Of a DNA stretch of 64,000 bases, positions 9,518 through 18,807 are shown piece after piece. Source of the stretch: Bryobacterales bacterium (GTDB lineage: Bacteria; Acidobacteriota; Terriglobia; Bryobacterales; UBA6623); assembly GCA_028819255.1 (NCBI GenBank), contig JAPPMB010000064.1, positions 93,478-157,477 of the forward strand, given 5' to 3'. The number at the start of each line of letters is the position of its first letter. Position 1 is the stretch's first letter. A model generated the notes under the pieces. It saw nothing but the letters and a program-made list of their open reading frames with translations. It had not been told where the DNA came from and did no database searches. A program made the translations under genes and the position numbers.

Positions 9518-10362
9518 GACCGTTCCTTGTTTCTGAGATATCGATACGGATTGACGTGCATCCGGTCTAGGTGAACTTCGTAGTGCAGGTGTTTGCCGGT
9601 CGTGCGCCCCGAATTCCCCACAAGCCCTAGGAGTTCGCCGCGGCGAATCGACTGGCCGGGAGTCACGAAATACTCCTTCAAGTGGCCGTAGGCAGTGCTG
9701 AACCCGCTCCGTCCGTGCTGGATCTGGACACAATGTCCGAGGGCGCCCTCCCATTCGGCTGAAACCACGTGTCCGTCCGCCGTCGCAAAGACGGGTGTTC
9801 CGTAAGGTGCGCTGATGTCGATACCCGGATGAAACGATCCCTTCCCGTTGAACGGATCTTCGCGTGTTCCGTAGCTGCTGGTGATGTGGCCCTTGACGGG
9901 CCAGATCGAAGGGGTCGTGTTCGCCAGCACCGTCTGCATCGGGAGTCCGAGGCGGGATTCGGCCAGAGCGTCGCGAATCAGGTCGTATTGGTTGAGCGAA
10001 GCGTAGAAGGCGGGCAGCAGATGCGTGCCGTGGGCGGCTTCCGCCTCCAATGCGTCGCGACGGATCCCGTACGCGATCGACAGCTGGTAGGCCAGGCCGT
10101 TCAGTGACTCGAGTTGCCTGTCGCGCTCCTCAATGGTCAGCTGAAGGCTGTTGAACTCCTTCTGGAGCAGTTCGTTCTCCGCGGCGAGGCGCTCAGCCTT
10201 GGATGACTGGCGGAAATAGCTCGCCGACAGGCCGATCGCCACCACGAGTGCAAGGACTGCGACGCCAAAGGCGACGTGGAGGGCGGCGTGCGGGACGGAG
10301 AAGCGCTTGATTCGCCCGTAGGACGGATGCGCAAGGATGACAAGGAATCGATTGCCTCGCAT
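9493..10362 (-). CDS. M23 family peptidoglycan endopeptidase with TM and coiled coil
   Basis: PSIWPVKG, HPGIDI, YGHL and GRTTGKHLHYEV motifs. Confidence 0.92.
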   Translation of the reverse strand: MRGNRFLVILAHPSYGRIKRFSVPHAALHVAFGVAVLALVVAIGLSASYFRQSSKAERLAAENELLQKEFNSLQLTIEERDRQLESLNGLAYQLSIAYGIRRDALEAEAAHGTHLLPAFYASLNQYDLIRDALAESRLGLPMQTVLANTTPSIWPVKGHITSSYGTREDPFNGKGSFHPGIDISAPYGTPVFATADGHVVSAEWEGALGHCVQIQHGRSGFSTAYGHLKEYFVTPGQSIRRGELLGLVGNSGRTTGKHLHYEVHLDRMHVNPYRYLRNKERSYSTSLTD

Positions 10363-10538
10363 GAATTATCGTAGTGACTGGCCGACCTTGCTCTACCGGA
10401 GAAGACGCGAACAAGAACTCGCCACACGAATGGGCGGAATCGAGACGAATTTTCGGCCCGGCTTCGACTGCCAGCGTCATATTATAGCCCAAGTGTTGCG
10501 GTGACGGCGGACCCGCGAATTCGGCCAGGGATCGTTCT

Positions 10539-11471
10539 GTGACCGAGGTCAGCCTCATTGCCGCCATCGAGGCCCTCTGGCGAGGGCGCGAGAATCCTTG
10601 GGTGGCCTTGGCCGGAGGAGACGACTGTGCCGTTCTTCGCCTTCCGGGCTCGCCTGACGACCTTCTGGTCACCTCCGACCAGATCGTCGAGAACCGGCAC
10701 TTCCTGCCAGGCAGGCACCCTCCCGCCGCTCTCGGACGGAAGGCTCTTGTCCGGTCGCTGAGCGACATCGCTGCCATGGGCGGCCGCCCCGCATTCTTCC
10801 TGCAGACTCTTTGCATTCCCCGTTGGGCTGAGGGGGCGTGGCATGACGAGTTTCAGAGCGGCATGCGGCAGGCTGCGGAGCTGTCCGGAGCGGAGCGGCT
10901 GGCTCTGGTGGGCGGCGACATCGCCGGAGGCGAACGATTTGTCGCTACGACGACGGTGATCGGAACCGTGGAGGCCGGAACGGCTCTCACGCGCGGCGGG
11001 GCTCGCCCGGGCGACTCGCTCCATGTTTCGGGAACGCTGGGAGGATCCGGCCTTGGACTGGCCAGGCTCCATCGCGAGGGGCCCCCCGCGCCAGACGATT
11101 CCGCAGTTCGGCGCCATTGCGAGCCCAGCCCCCGCCTCGGACTGGGCAGGGAGCTGCGCGGGATCCCGGCCTCGGCCGCGATCGATCTCAGTGACGGTCT
11201 GGCGATCGACGCCAACCGCCTCGCCGTCGCAAGCGGGTTGGCCGTCGTCATCGATCCCGTGCTCGTGCCGCTGTTTCCCGGTGTCCGTGCCGAGGATGCC
11301 ATCCGTTCGGGGGAGGAATACGAGCTGCTGTTCACAGTTCCGCCGAACGCCCTTGTCCCCCCCGAGCCTCTTGCCACGCGGATCGGGCACGTCGAGCCCG
11401 GGACTGGCGTGTGGCTGGAGACGGGCGGGGACCGGGTCGCCCTCGCGGCGGAGGGATTCACCCACTTCTGA
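10539..11471 (+). CDS. thiL: Thiamine-monophosphate kinase
   Basis: GDDCAV, SLSDIAAMGG, LVGGD, IDLSDGL, GEEYELLF and GFTHF motifs. Confidence 0.92.
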   Translation: MTEVSLIAAIEALWRGRENPWVALAGGDDCAVLRLPGSPDDLLVTSDQIVENRHFLPGRHPPAALGRKALVRSLSDIAAMGGRPAFFLQTLCIPRWAEGAWHDEFQSGMRQAAELSGAERLALVGGDIAGGERFVATTTVIGTVEAGTALTRGGARPGDSLHVSGTLGGSGLGLARLHREGPPAPDDSAVRRHCEPSPRLGLGRELRGIPASAAIDLSDGLAIDANRLAVASGLAVVIDPVLVPLFPGVRAEDAIRSGEEYELLFTVPPNALVPPEPLATRIGHVEPGTGVWLETGGDRVALAAEGFTHF

Positions 11472-11484
11472 CCGGGCAGGTCGC

Positions 11485-12957
11485 CTAGACGTCTAGCAAC
11501 GCGTCCATGTCGGGGGCAAGTTCTCGTTTCGGAGTCAGCAGCGAGACCCAGACGAACACGGATGTGGACGCCAGCAGGGCCACCGCTCCTACGGCCAGCC
11601 CGGGCGGCAGCAGCTGATGGCCGTGGCGGGCCGCAACTTCAAGAACGAAGTTCAGCGCGATGCTCGTCGCGATCGAAGCCACGCAGGCCGTTCCGGTCGC
11701 CCTCTTCCAATTCATGCCGATGCAGATGCTGGGCACGATCGCCGCAGCAAACGTGCCCCATCCAAACGTGCCTAGGAGAGCGATCAGATTCTCCATGTAA
11801 AGGGCAAACAGGGCGGAGAGCAGCAGGAGTGAGCCCGTCGCGATACGGGACCACATCAGCTCGTGCTCAAGCGGTTTTCCCCGCAGTGCCAGCGGAATGT
11901 CGCGCACAACTGCCGCCGCCCCGAGATTCAGGAAGGAGTCGGCTGTGGACATGATCGCCGCCAGCAGACCCGCGAACACAATTCCGGCCAGGAGCTCGGG
12001 CGTGTAGTGCAGAAGGAAGGTCGGCGCGGCGAGGTCCGGATTCTCAAGTGCGGGGTGGTCGCCGCGAGCCACCAGCGTCCGCATCGCCAGACCGATCCCC
12101 ATCCAGAGCATTGCCAGCACCAGGTAGCTCAGTCCCGTGGCCAAAGCGCTCCACTTGAGCTGTCGGATGTCCTTCAGCATCATCAGCTTCGTGATCGCGT
12201 GCGGCTGGCCCGCCGCCCCGATCCCGAAGAGCAGCATCCAGCTCATGGCCGCCAGATCCCCGCGGGTTCCCCACGGCCCGATGTAGTCGGGATCCATGGC
12301 CCACAGCGTCTCGGTGATCGCCGACATCCCGCCGCCGACCTTCAGGCACTGGGCGAGCACCGCGACGGCGGCGCCGAGCATCAGCAGCCCTTGGAACAGA
12401 TCCGTGTACACCCCTGCGACAATTCCGCCCGCGATGGCGTAGAAGGCCAGTACGCCGAGGCCGACCGCGAGGGCGGCGAGGAGGTCGATTCCGAGCACAG
12501 CCTGCAGAACCGTTCCGATCGCCAGCACCTGCGTGCCAAGGTACCCGAGCACGCCCAGAACGATTGCGACGCTCATCGCGATGGCGGGCCCACTCCCGCC
12601 GTAGCGGGCGGCGACCGCTTCCGGCAGAGTCAGGATTGGTCGGACCTCGACGAGGAGCCGCAGGCGCTTGCCGGTCAGCATGAAGGCGACCGGGAGGCTG
12701 AAGGACGCCACGAAGACCATCCAGAGCGAGCTCGTGCCGGACTCGTACACCAGGCCCGGGCCTCCCACGAACCCGAATCCGCTCATGACGCTCGAGATCG
12801 TTGCCATGACGACCACCAGCGGGCCGAGCGACTTTCCGGCAAGGAAGAAATCGACTGTCGAGGACGTCCGCCGCATCGCCCAGAAGCCCACGACGGCGCA
12901 GCTGGCTAGGTACACGACGACGCAGGCAAGGATCAGTTGGGAATCGGCGGTGGGCAT
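11485..12957 (-). CDS. Sodium:solute symporter (PutP/PanF-like)
   Basis: DFFLAGKSLG, SGFGFVGGPG, YTDLFQG, GQPH and AAIMSTADS motifs; about 13 TM helices. Confidence 0.9.
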   Translation of the reverse strand: MPTADSQLILACVVVYLASCAVVGFWAMRRTSSTVDFFLAGKSLGPLVVVMATISSVMSGFGFVGGPGLVYESGTSSLWMVFVASFSLPVAFMLTGKRLRLLVEVRPILTLPEAVAARYGGSGPAIAMSVAIVLGVLGYLGTQVLAIGTVLQAVLGIDLLAALAVGLGVLAFYAIAGGIVAGVYTDLFQGLLMLGAAVAVLAQCLKVGGGMSAITETLWAMDPDYIGPWGTRGDLAAMSWMLLFGIGAAGQPHAITKLMMLKDIRQLKWSALATGLSYLVLAMLWMGIGLAMRTLVARGDHPALENPDLAAPTFLLHYTPELLAGIVFAGLLAAIMSTADSFLNLGAAAVVRDIPLALRGKPLEHELMWSRIATGSLLLLSALFALYMENLIALLGTFGWGTFAAAIVPSICIGMNWKRATGTACVASIATSIALNFVLEVAARHGHQLLPPGLAVGAVALLASTSVFVWVSLLTPKRELAPDMDALLDV

Positions 12958-12970
12958 GAGGATGCGGACG

Positions 12971-13384
12971 CTACTGGGTTCCGAACCGGCGAAGGAATTC
13001 GCGCTGCCTGTCCTGTGGCAGGATGAGCCGATCGAAAGCGAGACCGTACAGCACGCCTAGGAAGATTCCTAAGGGCGTCGTGCCGTAGATCAGCATTGCC
13101 GTGCCCACCGGGAATCCGCCGACAACGACCAGGGGTCCGGCTGGGTCGTGCAGGCGGAAGCCTAGCGCCAGCAGCGCGCAGAACACCGCCCCCCATGCGG
13201 CCACTGCGGCCAGCACGATCCCCGACGGCCGGCCCGGCGCCCGCAGCGCAATGGCCGACAGCAGCACAATCAGAGCGACGGCCGACATGCCCAGGAGGGC
13301 GGCGCGGCCCGACATGCCCGCGCCGAGCCCGAGAACGCTGACGACGGCGCAGAGACTCGCCAGAGGCGCGTTATTCAGCGCCAA
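12971..13384 (-). CDS. Small 4-TM membrane protein, probable symporter accessory subunit
   Basis: Very hydrophobic 137 aa; overlaps the sulfatase stop and ends 13 bp before the symporter start. Confidence 0.7.
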   Translation of the reverse strand: MALNNAPLASLCAVVSVLGLGAGMSGRAALLGMSAVALIVLLSAIALRAPGRPSGIVLAAVAAWGAVFCALLALGFRLHDPAGPLVVVGGFPVGTAMLIYGTTPLGIFLGVLYGLAFDRLILPQDRQREFLRRFGTQ

Positions 13385-14817
13385 GGCGCCTCTTGCTCCG
13401 CCAATGCCGCATACGCGTCAGTGTAGGCGCCGGCCATGCGCTCCTCCCAGTCGGCCGCGATGGCAGGATCCTCCGGCACCTCTCCCATGTCGCCCGTGTG
13501 CTGGATCCAGAGATCGAGCGCCGAGGCCATCTTGGTCAGGGTTTCCTGGTGCTCCGGCGAATTCGCGAGATTGTTCAGTTCATTCGGATCCTCGACAGTG
13601 TCGTAGAGCTCCTCCTCGGGCCGGCTCTTGGCGAGAAACGGGTAGGTCTCCGCAGTGATCTCCCCGGCCTTCTCGAGCCGCTGCATCTGCCGCCAGATCG
13701 GGTAGGAAACCTCCTTGTACCGGTTCAGCTGCATGTACGGCCGGTCCGGATGGTAGTTCCGGATGTACTTGAACCTCTTGTCGCGGACCGCGCGGATGCG
13801 GTCGACGGTCTCGTCGCAGCGGTCCCTGGCTGCGAACACGTATTCCCGGTCGGGCATCTTCTGCTCTCCCAGGAAGACTTGACCCTCCATGTTCTGCGGC
13901 ACTTCGATCCCGGCGATCGCCAGCGACGTGGCGGACAGGTCGATCGCGCTGACCAGCTCGTCGCGCACGCTGCCCGGCTCGAGGCGGCCGGGCCAGCGAA
14001 CAACGAGCGGCACCCGTATGCCGCCGTCATACAGGAACTGCTTGTCCCTCGGCATCGGGCGGCCGTGGTCGCCGAAGAAGGCCACCACGGTGTGGTCGGC
14101 AAGCCCGTCTTCCTCGAGCCGGTCAAGAACCAGCCCGACCTTCTCGTCCAGGAGACGTACTGCGTCCAGATAGCCGGCCCAGTCGACGCGCGAAATCTCG
14201 TCCTGCGGATAGTACTCCGGCGGCGTCACTCCGGTCGGATCCGTGGGTTCGAGCTTGCCCCTGGTGAACCCCCAGACGTCGGGGGGACGGCCGCGGTGCG
14301 GCTCGAAGATGTTGACCTGCGCGTAGAACGGCTGCCCCGGCTCCCGGTCCCGCCAGTTCGATCCGTCGAACGGCCGGGCATGCGCGAAATTGAAGTCCGT
14401 CTTGTTGCGCCCGCCGAGCCCGCTGTCGTTGTCGTTGACGGTGTAGTAGCCGGCGTCGCGGAAGTGGTCGGTGATCAGCCTCGTCTCGGGCCGCAGTGCG
14501 TACCCGTCGCCGCGGTGGCTCCGGTGCGCGTGGGCTCCGATGCTCGTCTGGTACATACCGGTGATCAGGGCGGACCTGGAGGCCGAGCAGACCGGACCGG
14601 TCACGTACGCATTCGTAAAGAGCGCGCCCTCGGCGGCGAGGCGGTCGATGTTGGGCGTGCTGACGTCCTCGCTGCCGTAGCAGGACAGGTCCGGAGACAG
14701 GTCGTCCGCGATGATCCAGACAATGTTCCACGGCCGGATGCCGCCGCAGCCGTGGATCCCTGCGACCGCGCCGCTTGCGGCGATGCCGCCCAGAAACTCC
14801 CTCCGGGTAGTCGTCAT
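13375..14817 (-). CDS. Sulfatase (Cys-type, CxAxR) with Tat signal
   Basis: TRREFL; NIVWIIADD; PVCSASRSALITG; GDHG; YDGGIRVPL; EELYD...DPNE. Confidence 0.92.
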   Translation of the reverse strand: MTTTRREFLGGIAASGAVAGIHGCGGIRPWNIVWIIADDLSPDLSCYGSEDVSTPNIDRLAAEGALFTNAYVTGPVCSASRSALITGMYQTSIGAHAHRSHRGDGYALRPETRLITDHFRDAGYYTVNDNDSGLGGRNKTDFNFAHARPFDGSNWRDREPGQPFYAQVNIFEPHRGRPPDVWGFTRGKLEPTDPTGVTPPEYYPQDEISRVDWAGYLDAVRLLDEKVGLVLDRLEEDGLADHTVVAFFGDHGRPMPRDKQFLYDGGIRVPLVVRWPGRLEPGSVRDELVSAIDLSATSLAIAGIEVPQNMEGQVFLGEQKMPDREYVFAARDRCDETVDRIRAVRDKRFKYIRNYHPDRPYMQLNRYKEVSYPIWRQMQRLEKAGEITAETYPFLAKSRPEEELYDTVEDPNELNNLANSPEHQETLTKMASALDLWIQHTGDMGEVPEDPAIAADWEERMAGAYTDAYAALAEQEAPWR

Positions 14818-14898
14818 TACTCCCTCCGAGCCGTTCGGGGGCGATCTGGGCCGGTACTGCGAGGTTGGCGACTCGGTGTTCGGGCTCGGTACCGCCCC

Positions 14899-16308
14899 TC
14901 AGGGGTTCTGGATATTGTACAGGAAGGTGAATTGCAGCCGGATGTCCTTGCCGAGATACTCGCCCGGCAAGGGCGGAAACGGGTTGGAGGCGCTGATCCC
15001 CGCAACCGCCGCCCTGTCCAGCGGAGCCGTGCCGGAACTTCTCGCGATCACCAGCTTGGGAACGCTTCCGTCGCGCGAAACCGAGAACTGGATCAGGGTC
15101 CTCCCGCGGCTCATCCCGAGGCGGGCGCTCTCGGGGATCACGGCAAGCCAGTTGCGCCGCACCGCGGCCAGCACCTGGGTCAGGTACGGACGGAAGTCGA
15201 CTCCCCGAGGGTCGCTCAGGAGCTCGACCAGGCTTCCGGAATCCGATGGTCCCGGCGGCAGGATGCCGGACGTGGGGATCCCGCCGACCCCGACCCCGAC
15301 CGCCTGGCGGGAACCGCCTCCGCGCATCATCTGCTGGATCGCCCCCTCGATCACCTGGTCGGGCCGGGCCGTGAGCTCGAGCGTGCCGAGCTGCGCCCGG
15401 CCCTGCTGGCTGGGCATCGAGGCCTTCGGATTCTCAATCTGCAGCACGGCCCGCTTGCGGGACGGCGCCCTGGGCATCGGGAGCAGCCGCGGGTCACGGG
15501 ATCTGGCGAGTTCCGTCCCGCGGCGGAATTGCGCAGGGACGGGGCTCTTGGCGACCGGCGCCTCCGCCTCCTCTTCGGGTTCCTCGGATGCCTCGGGCTC
15601 GTCCAGCGCAGCCAGCTCCTCGGACGGTTCCGGCTCCTCGGGCTCAACAGGCTGCGGCACCTCCGCAGTCTCCTCCGGTTCGGGTTCCGGTTCAGGTTCC
15701 GGGAGCGGCTCGGGACCGGGAGCGGGCTCGACCGGGGGTCGCGGGAGCCCGCGGAAGCCCCCCTCGCCTTCTCCCGGGATCTTGGATTCCCCGTGGAGAG
15801 GCGGCAGGTCGTCCAGGGGCGGCGTGACGAGCGTGATCCGCATCGCGTCCCAGTCGGCCGGCTTGGACATGTCGAGCTCCATCACCGTCGGGGTCAGCAT
15901 CAATCCGAACAGCACTGCGTGGAGCAGTAGGGCAGCGGCCCGCGCCTGCCAGGCCCAGGAATGGAAGCGACTCTTCTTCCACTGGACCTCCAGTGCCAGC
16001 GGCGTCAGAAGGTCTGGAGGCCATGTGCCGGTCCCGGGCGATTCCCGATAGCGCCGAACCGGGTCGATCCGCGCCGGGTCAAACTGCGGCCCCGGCCCGG
16101 GCCCCGGAGGAAGTGACAGGCCCTCGGGCTGGCGGGAGCGCTGCCAGGCGAGTCTCTCCGGGAAGTCCCGGACCTGGATCCAGAGCGGCCGCTTGCTGGG
16201 TGGAAGCTCGACCAGGCGGGCTCTGGCTAGACGTCGGCCCAGACTGCGGCCGTAATCCTCAATCAGAACAAGGAGTTCCTCGTGGTCCGGGTTAGCCAAT
16301 TCGCCCAC
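14899..16308 (-). CDS. TonB family energy transducer
   Basis: TM segment with ALLLH, Pro/Glu-rich linker (EPEPEPEPE), C-terminal DFRPYL...NW...SSG...LDRAA...PFPPLP. Confidence 0.85.
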   Translation of the reverse strand: MGELANPDHEELLVLIEDYGRSLGRRLARARLVELPPSKRPLWIQVRDFPERLAWQRSRQPEGLSLPPGPGPGPQFDPARIDPVRRYRESPGTGTWPPDLLTPLALEVQWKKSRFHSWAWQARAAALLLHAVLFGLMLTPTVMELDMSKPADWDAMRITLVTPPLDDLPPLHGESKIPGEGEGGFRGLPRPPVEPAPGPEPLPEPEPEPEPEETAEVPQPVEPEEPEPSEELAALDEPEASEEPEEEAEAPVAKSPVPAQFRRGTELARSRDPRLLPMPRAPSRKRAVLQIENPKASMPSQQGRAQLGTLELTARPDQVIEGAIQQMMRGGGSRQAVGVGVGGIPTSGILPPGPSDSGSLVELLSDPRGVDFRPYLTQVLAAVRRNWLAVIPESARLGMSRGRTLIQFSVSRDGSVPKLVIARSSGTAPLDRAAVAGISASNPFPPLPGEYLGKDIRLQFTFLYNIQNP

Positions 16309-17266
16309 TGGCAGCCAAGGTCTTTGCGACCAGCCTCGAGTGCTCGCCGATCGCCTTCCCTATTCTAAGTGCGAGCCCCAGCGCCTCCCGCGCGTCCCGT
16401 CCGCTGACACGGGGCTGCGACCGGTCGCGGACAGAGGCGAGAAAGGAGCTCAGCTGCCGTTGCAGCGGCTCCCCCCGGCCCGCAGGCAGAGTCCGGAAAC
16501 GGGGCCGGTTCCTGTCGTCCAGCGTGATCCGCACGCCTGTGCGCCTGACGTAGTCAAGGGAGACGTACTCGCGCGGCTGGAAGAACCGCAGCTTGCGGAT
16601 CTTTTCGGTCGAAACCCGGCTGGCGGTCAGGTTCGCCACGCAGCCGTTCTCGAACTGAATGCGGGCGCTTGCGATGTCAGCTTGTCCGGAGACGACCGAG
16701 AGACCGCTGGCGTCGACCTTGTCGACGTCCGAGTCCACCATGGACCGAACGATGTCGAGATCGTGGATCATCAGGTCCAGCACCACGTCGATGTCGAGGC
16801 TGCGCGGGCTGAACGGGCTCATCCGGTGCACCTCGAAGAAGAGCGGCAGCGTCGCCGCTTCGGCGGCTGCCTCGACGATGGGATTGAAGCGCTCCAGGTG
16901 TCCGACCTGTAGTATGCGTCCGCCATTCTCGGCCGCCGCGATGAGCTGGTCGGCGGAGTCGAGATCGGGCGCGATGGGCTTCTCCACCAGCAGGTCCACG
17001 CCGCGGTTCAGGAGCGGGTCTCCGACCGGCGCGTGGCAAACCGTCGGGACCGCGAGGCTGGCGGCGCAGACCGAATCGGGCAGTGCTTCGGCAGCGGGGT
17101 ACGCTTCGCAGCCGTGCCGGGCGGCGATCTCGCGGGCCCGGTCCAGGTCGCTGTCGACGACCCCGACCAGGTCCGCTTCCGGCAGGGAGGCGTAGACGCG
17201 GGCGTGGTGCTGGCCGAATCTTCCGGCCCCGACCACAGCGACCGGGACGGGCTCGATGCGACTCAC
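16292..17266 (-). CDS. Gfo/Idh/MocA oxidoreductase, GnnA-like (possible UDP-GlcNAc 3-dehydrogenase)
   Basis: VVGAGRFG, LVEKP, GHLERFNP, DVVLDLMIHDLD and ANLTASRVS motifs. Confidence 0.85.
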   Translation of the reverse strand: MSRIEPVPVAVVGAGRFGQHHARVYASLPEADLVGVVDSDLDRAREIAARHGCEAYPAAEALPDSVCAASLAVPTVCHAPVGDPLLNRGVDLLVEKPIAPDLDSADQLIAAAENGGRILQVGHLERFNPIVEAAAEAATLPLFFEVHRMSPFSPRSLDIDVVLDLMIHDLDIVRSMVDSDVDKVDASGLSVVSGQADIASARIQFENGCVANLTASRVSTEKIRKLRFFQPREYVSLDYVRRTGVRITLDDRNRPRFRTLPAGRGEPLQRQLSSFLASVRDRSQPRVSGRDAREALGLALRIGKAIGEHSRLVAKTLAASGRIG

Positions 17267-17302
17267 TCTCGTCGGTAGGAGCCGACGACCCTGCGACCGC
17301 GG

Positions 17303-18754
17303 TCAGCGCAGGTCGTACGCCACCATCTCCGTCTGGTTCCGAACCAGGAGCACGCCGTCCGCGATTGCGGGAACGTTCCAGGTCTTGCCGGGAATGGACT
17401 CGAAGCGGACGAGCTCGCGGTACTCGTCCGGCGTGGCCTCGACGAGGGCGAGGTCCCCGTCCTCGCTGATCACGATGAGATGCCCGGACGCATAGAGTAG
17501 CTGGCCGTAGCGATAGCGCCCCCGCTTCCAGTGGCGCTCCCCGCTTCGCACGTCGACCGCCGCCAGAATGCCCTCGTCGAGTCCGTACACGACTCCGTCC
17601 ACCAGCACCGAAGGGTTGAACTTGTTCTTCATGTTGCGGTTGAACCAGACCTCCTCAACCGAGAAGCGGTCACCGACCGCCGAGATCTGCAGGAGCGTCG
17701 CGCCATGGCCGTAGCCGGAGGAAACGAAGACGTGGTTGTCGTCGACAACCAGCGGCTGGGCGCAATTGGCGTCGTAGCTGGTCTTCCAGGGTCGGCTCCA
17801 AAGCTCGGAACCGTCCTCCAGCGAGGCGCCCACGATCCGCGTGCCGGTCACGAGAAGCAGCTGCCTGCGCCCAGCCAGCGTCGCGACCTGCGGGGACACG
17901 TAGCCGGCCTTGTCGTCGAGTGCCGACCAGAGGATCTCGCCAGTGAGCTCGTCATACGCGAACAGTGACCTGCCGTTGCCTCCGCCGGCGATGACCACCA
18001 CCATGCCGTCCACCAGGAGCGGCGCTCCGGCCATGCCCCAAGTCAGGTTCGACGCTGCGGCGTCCCGCAGGATGTTGCGCTTCCAGACAGGCGAGCCGTC
18101 GCTTGCCGAGAGGCAGGCGAGGTCGCCGTTCGCGCCGAGGGCGTAGACCCGGCCGTCGGACCATGTCGGTGTCGCCCTGGGGCCGTCCCCGCCCATGGAC
18201 TCGCTGAACCGGGAGGTCCAGGCATGTTCCCACACCTGCCTGCCGTCCTCCAGCGCGTACGCCGCCACCACCTCGCGGTTGCGGCGCTGTTCGATCGTGT
18301 ACACCAGCGAGTCGGCGACCACCATCGAGGCGTAGCCTCCGCCGACCTGCTGGCGCCACAGTTCCGGCGGCCCTTCGGGAGGCCAGTCGAGTCTCACGGG
18401 CGCCTGGTCGTAAATGCCGTTCCTGAGTGGGCCGCGGTAGTCGGTCCAGTAGTTCGCTCCGCCATTGCCGGCAGATGCAGGCGCCGCGGCCGGCCTCGCC
18501 ATCGGATGGGAGGAAGCGGCAAGATCCCCCCTTTCAGGGTGAGCCAGGGAAAACGCTTCGCGCGCACGGTCCTCCTCGAGTTCGCGGAACCGCGACTCGT
18601 TGTCGACGTATTCCACGACGGGAAACTTCCCGGATCCGGCGAGGCCCACGCTGGCGCCGGTCCAGTACAGGTACAGGGCGCCCGCGCCCGCAACGGCCAC
18701 CAGCGCGCACGCTACCTGCACTACTGTCCGCCACGCCCGGTTCACAAGTGCCAT
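17303..18754 (-). CDS. PQQ-binding-like beta-propeller protein, membrane anchored
   Basis: WTDYRGPLRNG, GPRATPT, repeated GxxxW blades and TWNVPAIADG. Confidence 0.85.
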   Translation of the reverse strand: MALVNRAWRTVVQVACALVAVAGAGALYLYWTGASVGLAGSGKFPVVEYVDNESRFRELEEDRAREAFSLAHPERGDLAASSHPMARPAAAPASAGNGGANYWTDYRGPLRNGIYDQAPVRLDWPPEGPPELWRQQVGGGYASMVVADSLVYTIEQRRNREVVAAYALEDGRQVWEHAWTSRFSESMGGDGPRATPTWSDGRVYALGANGDLACLSASDGSPVWKRNILRDAAASNLTWGMAGAPLLVDGMVVVIAGGGNGRSLFAYDELTGEILWSALDDKAGYVSPQVATLAGRRQLLLVTGTRIVGASLEDGSELWSRPWKTSYDANCAQPLVVDDNHVFVSSGYGHGATLLQISAVGDRFSVEEVWFNRNMKNKFNPSVLVDGVVYGLDEGILAAVDVRSGERHWKRGRYRYGQLLYASGHLIVISEDGDLALVEATPDEYRELVRFESIPGKTWNVPAIADGVLLVRNQTEMVAYDLR

Positions 18755-18807
18755 ACGAAATCTGCTCCTTCGAGGGATGGACGGGAGCCCGACCCTCAGT
18801 CCATAGC

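Noticed and set aside
15560-15740. Short tandem repeats (GGTTC[CAG] units)
   Set aside because: They encode the normal Pro-Glu linker of TonB; not a CRISPR array or other independent repeat.
13393-15930. 845-aa plus-strand ORF, and similar long antisense ORFs (39113-41593, 53193-55076, 18427-20250)
   Set aside because: Shadow ORFs opposite well-supported genes. They are expected in high-GC DNA and have no protein-like motifs.
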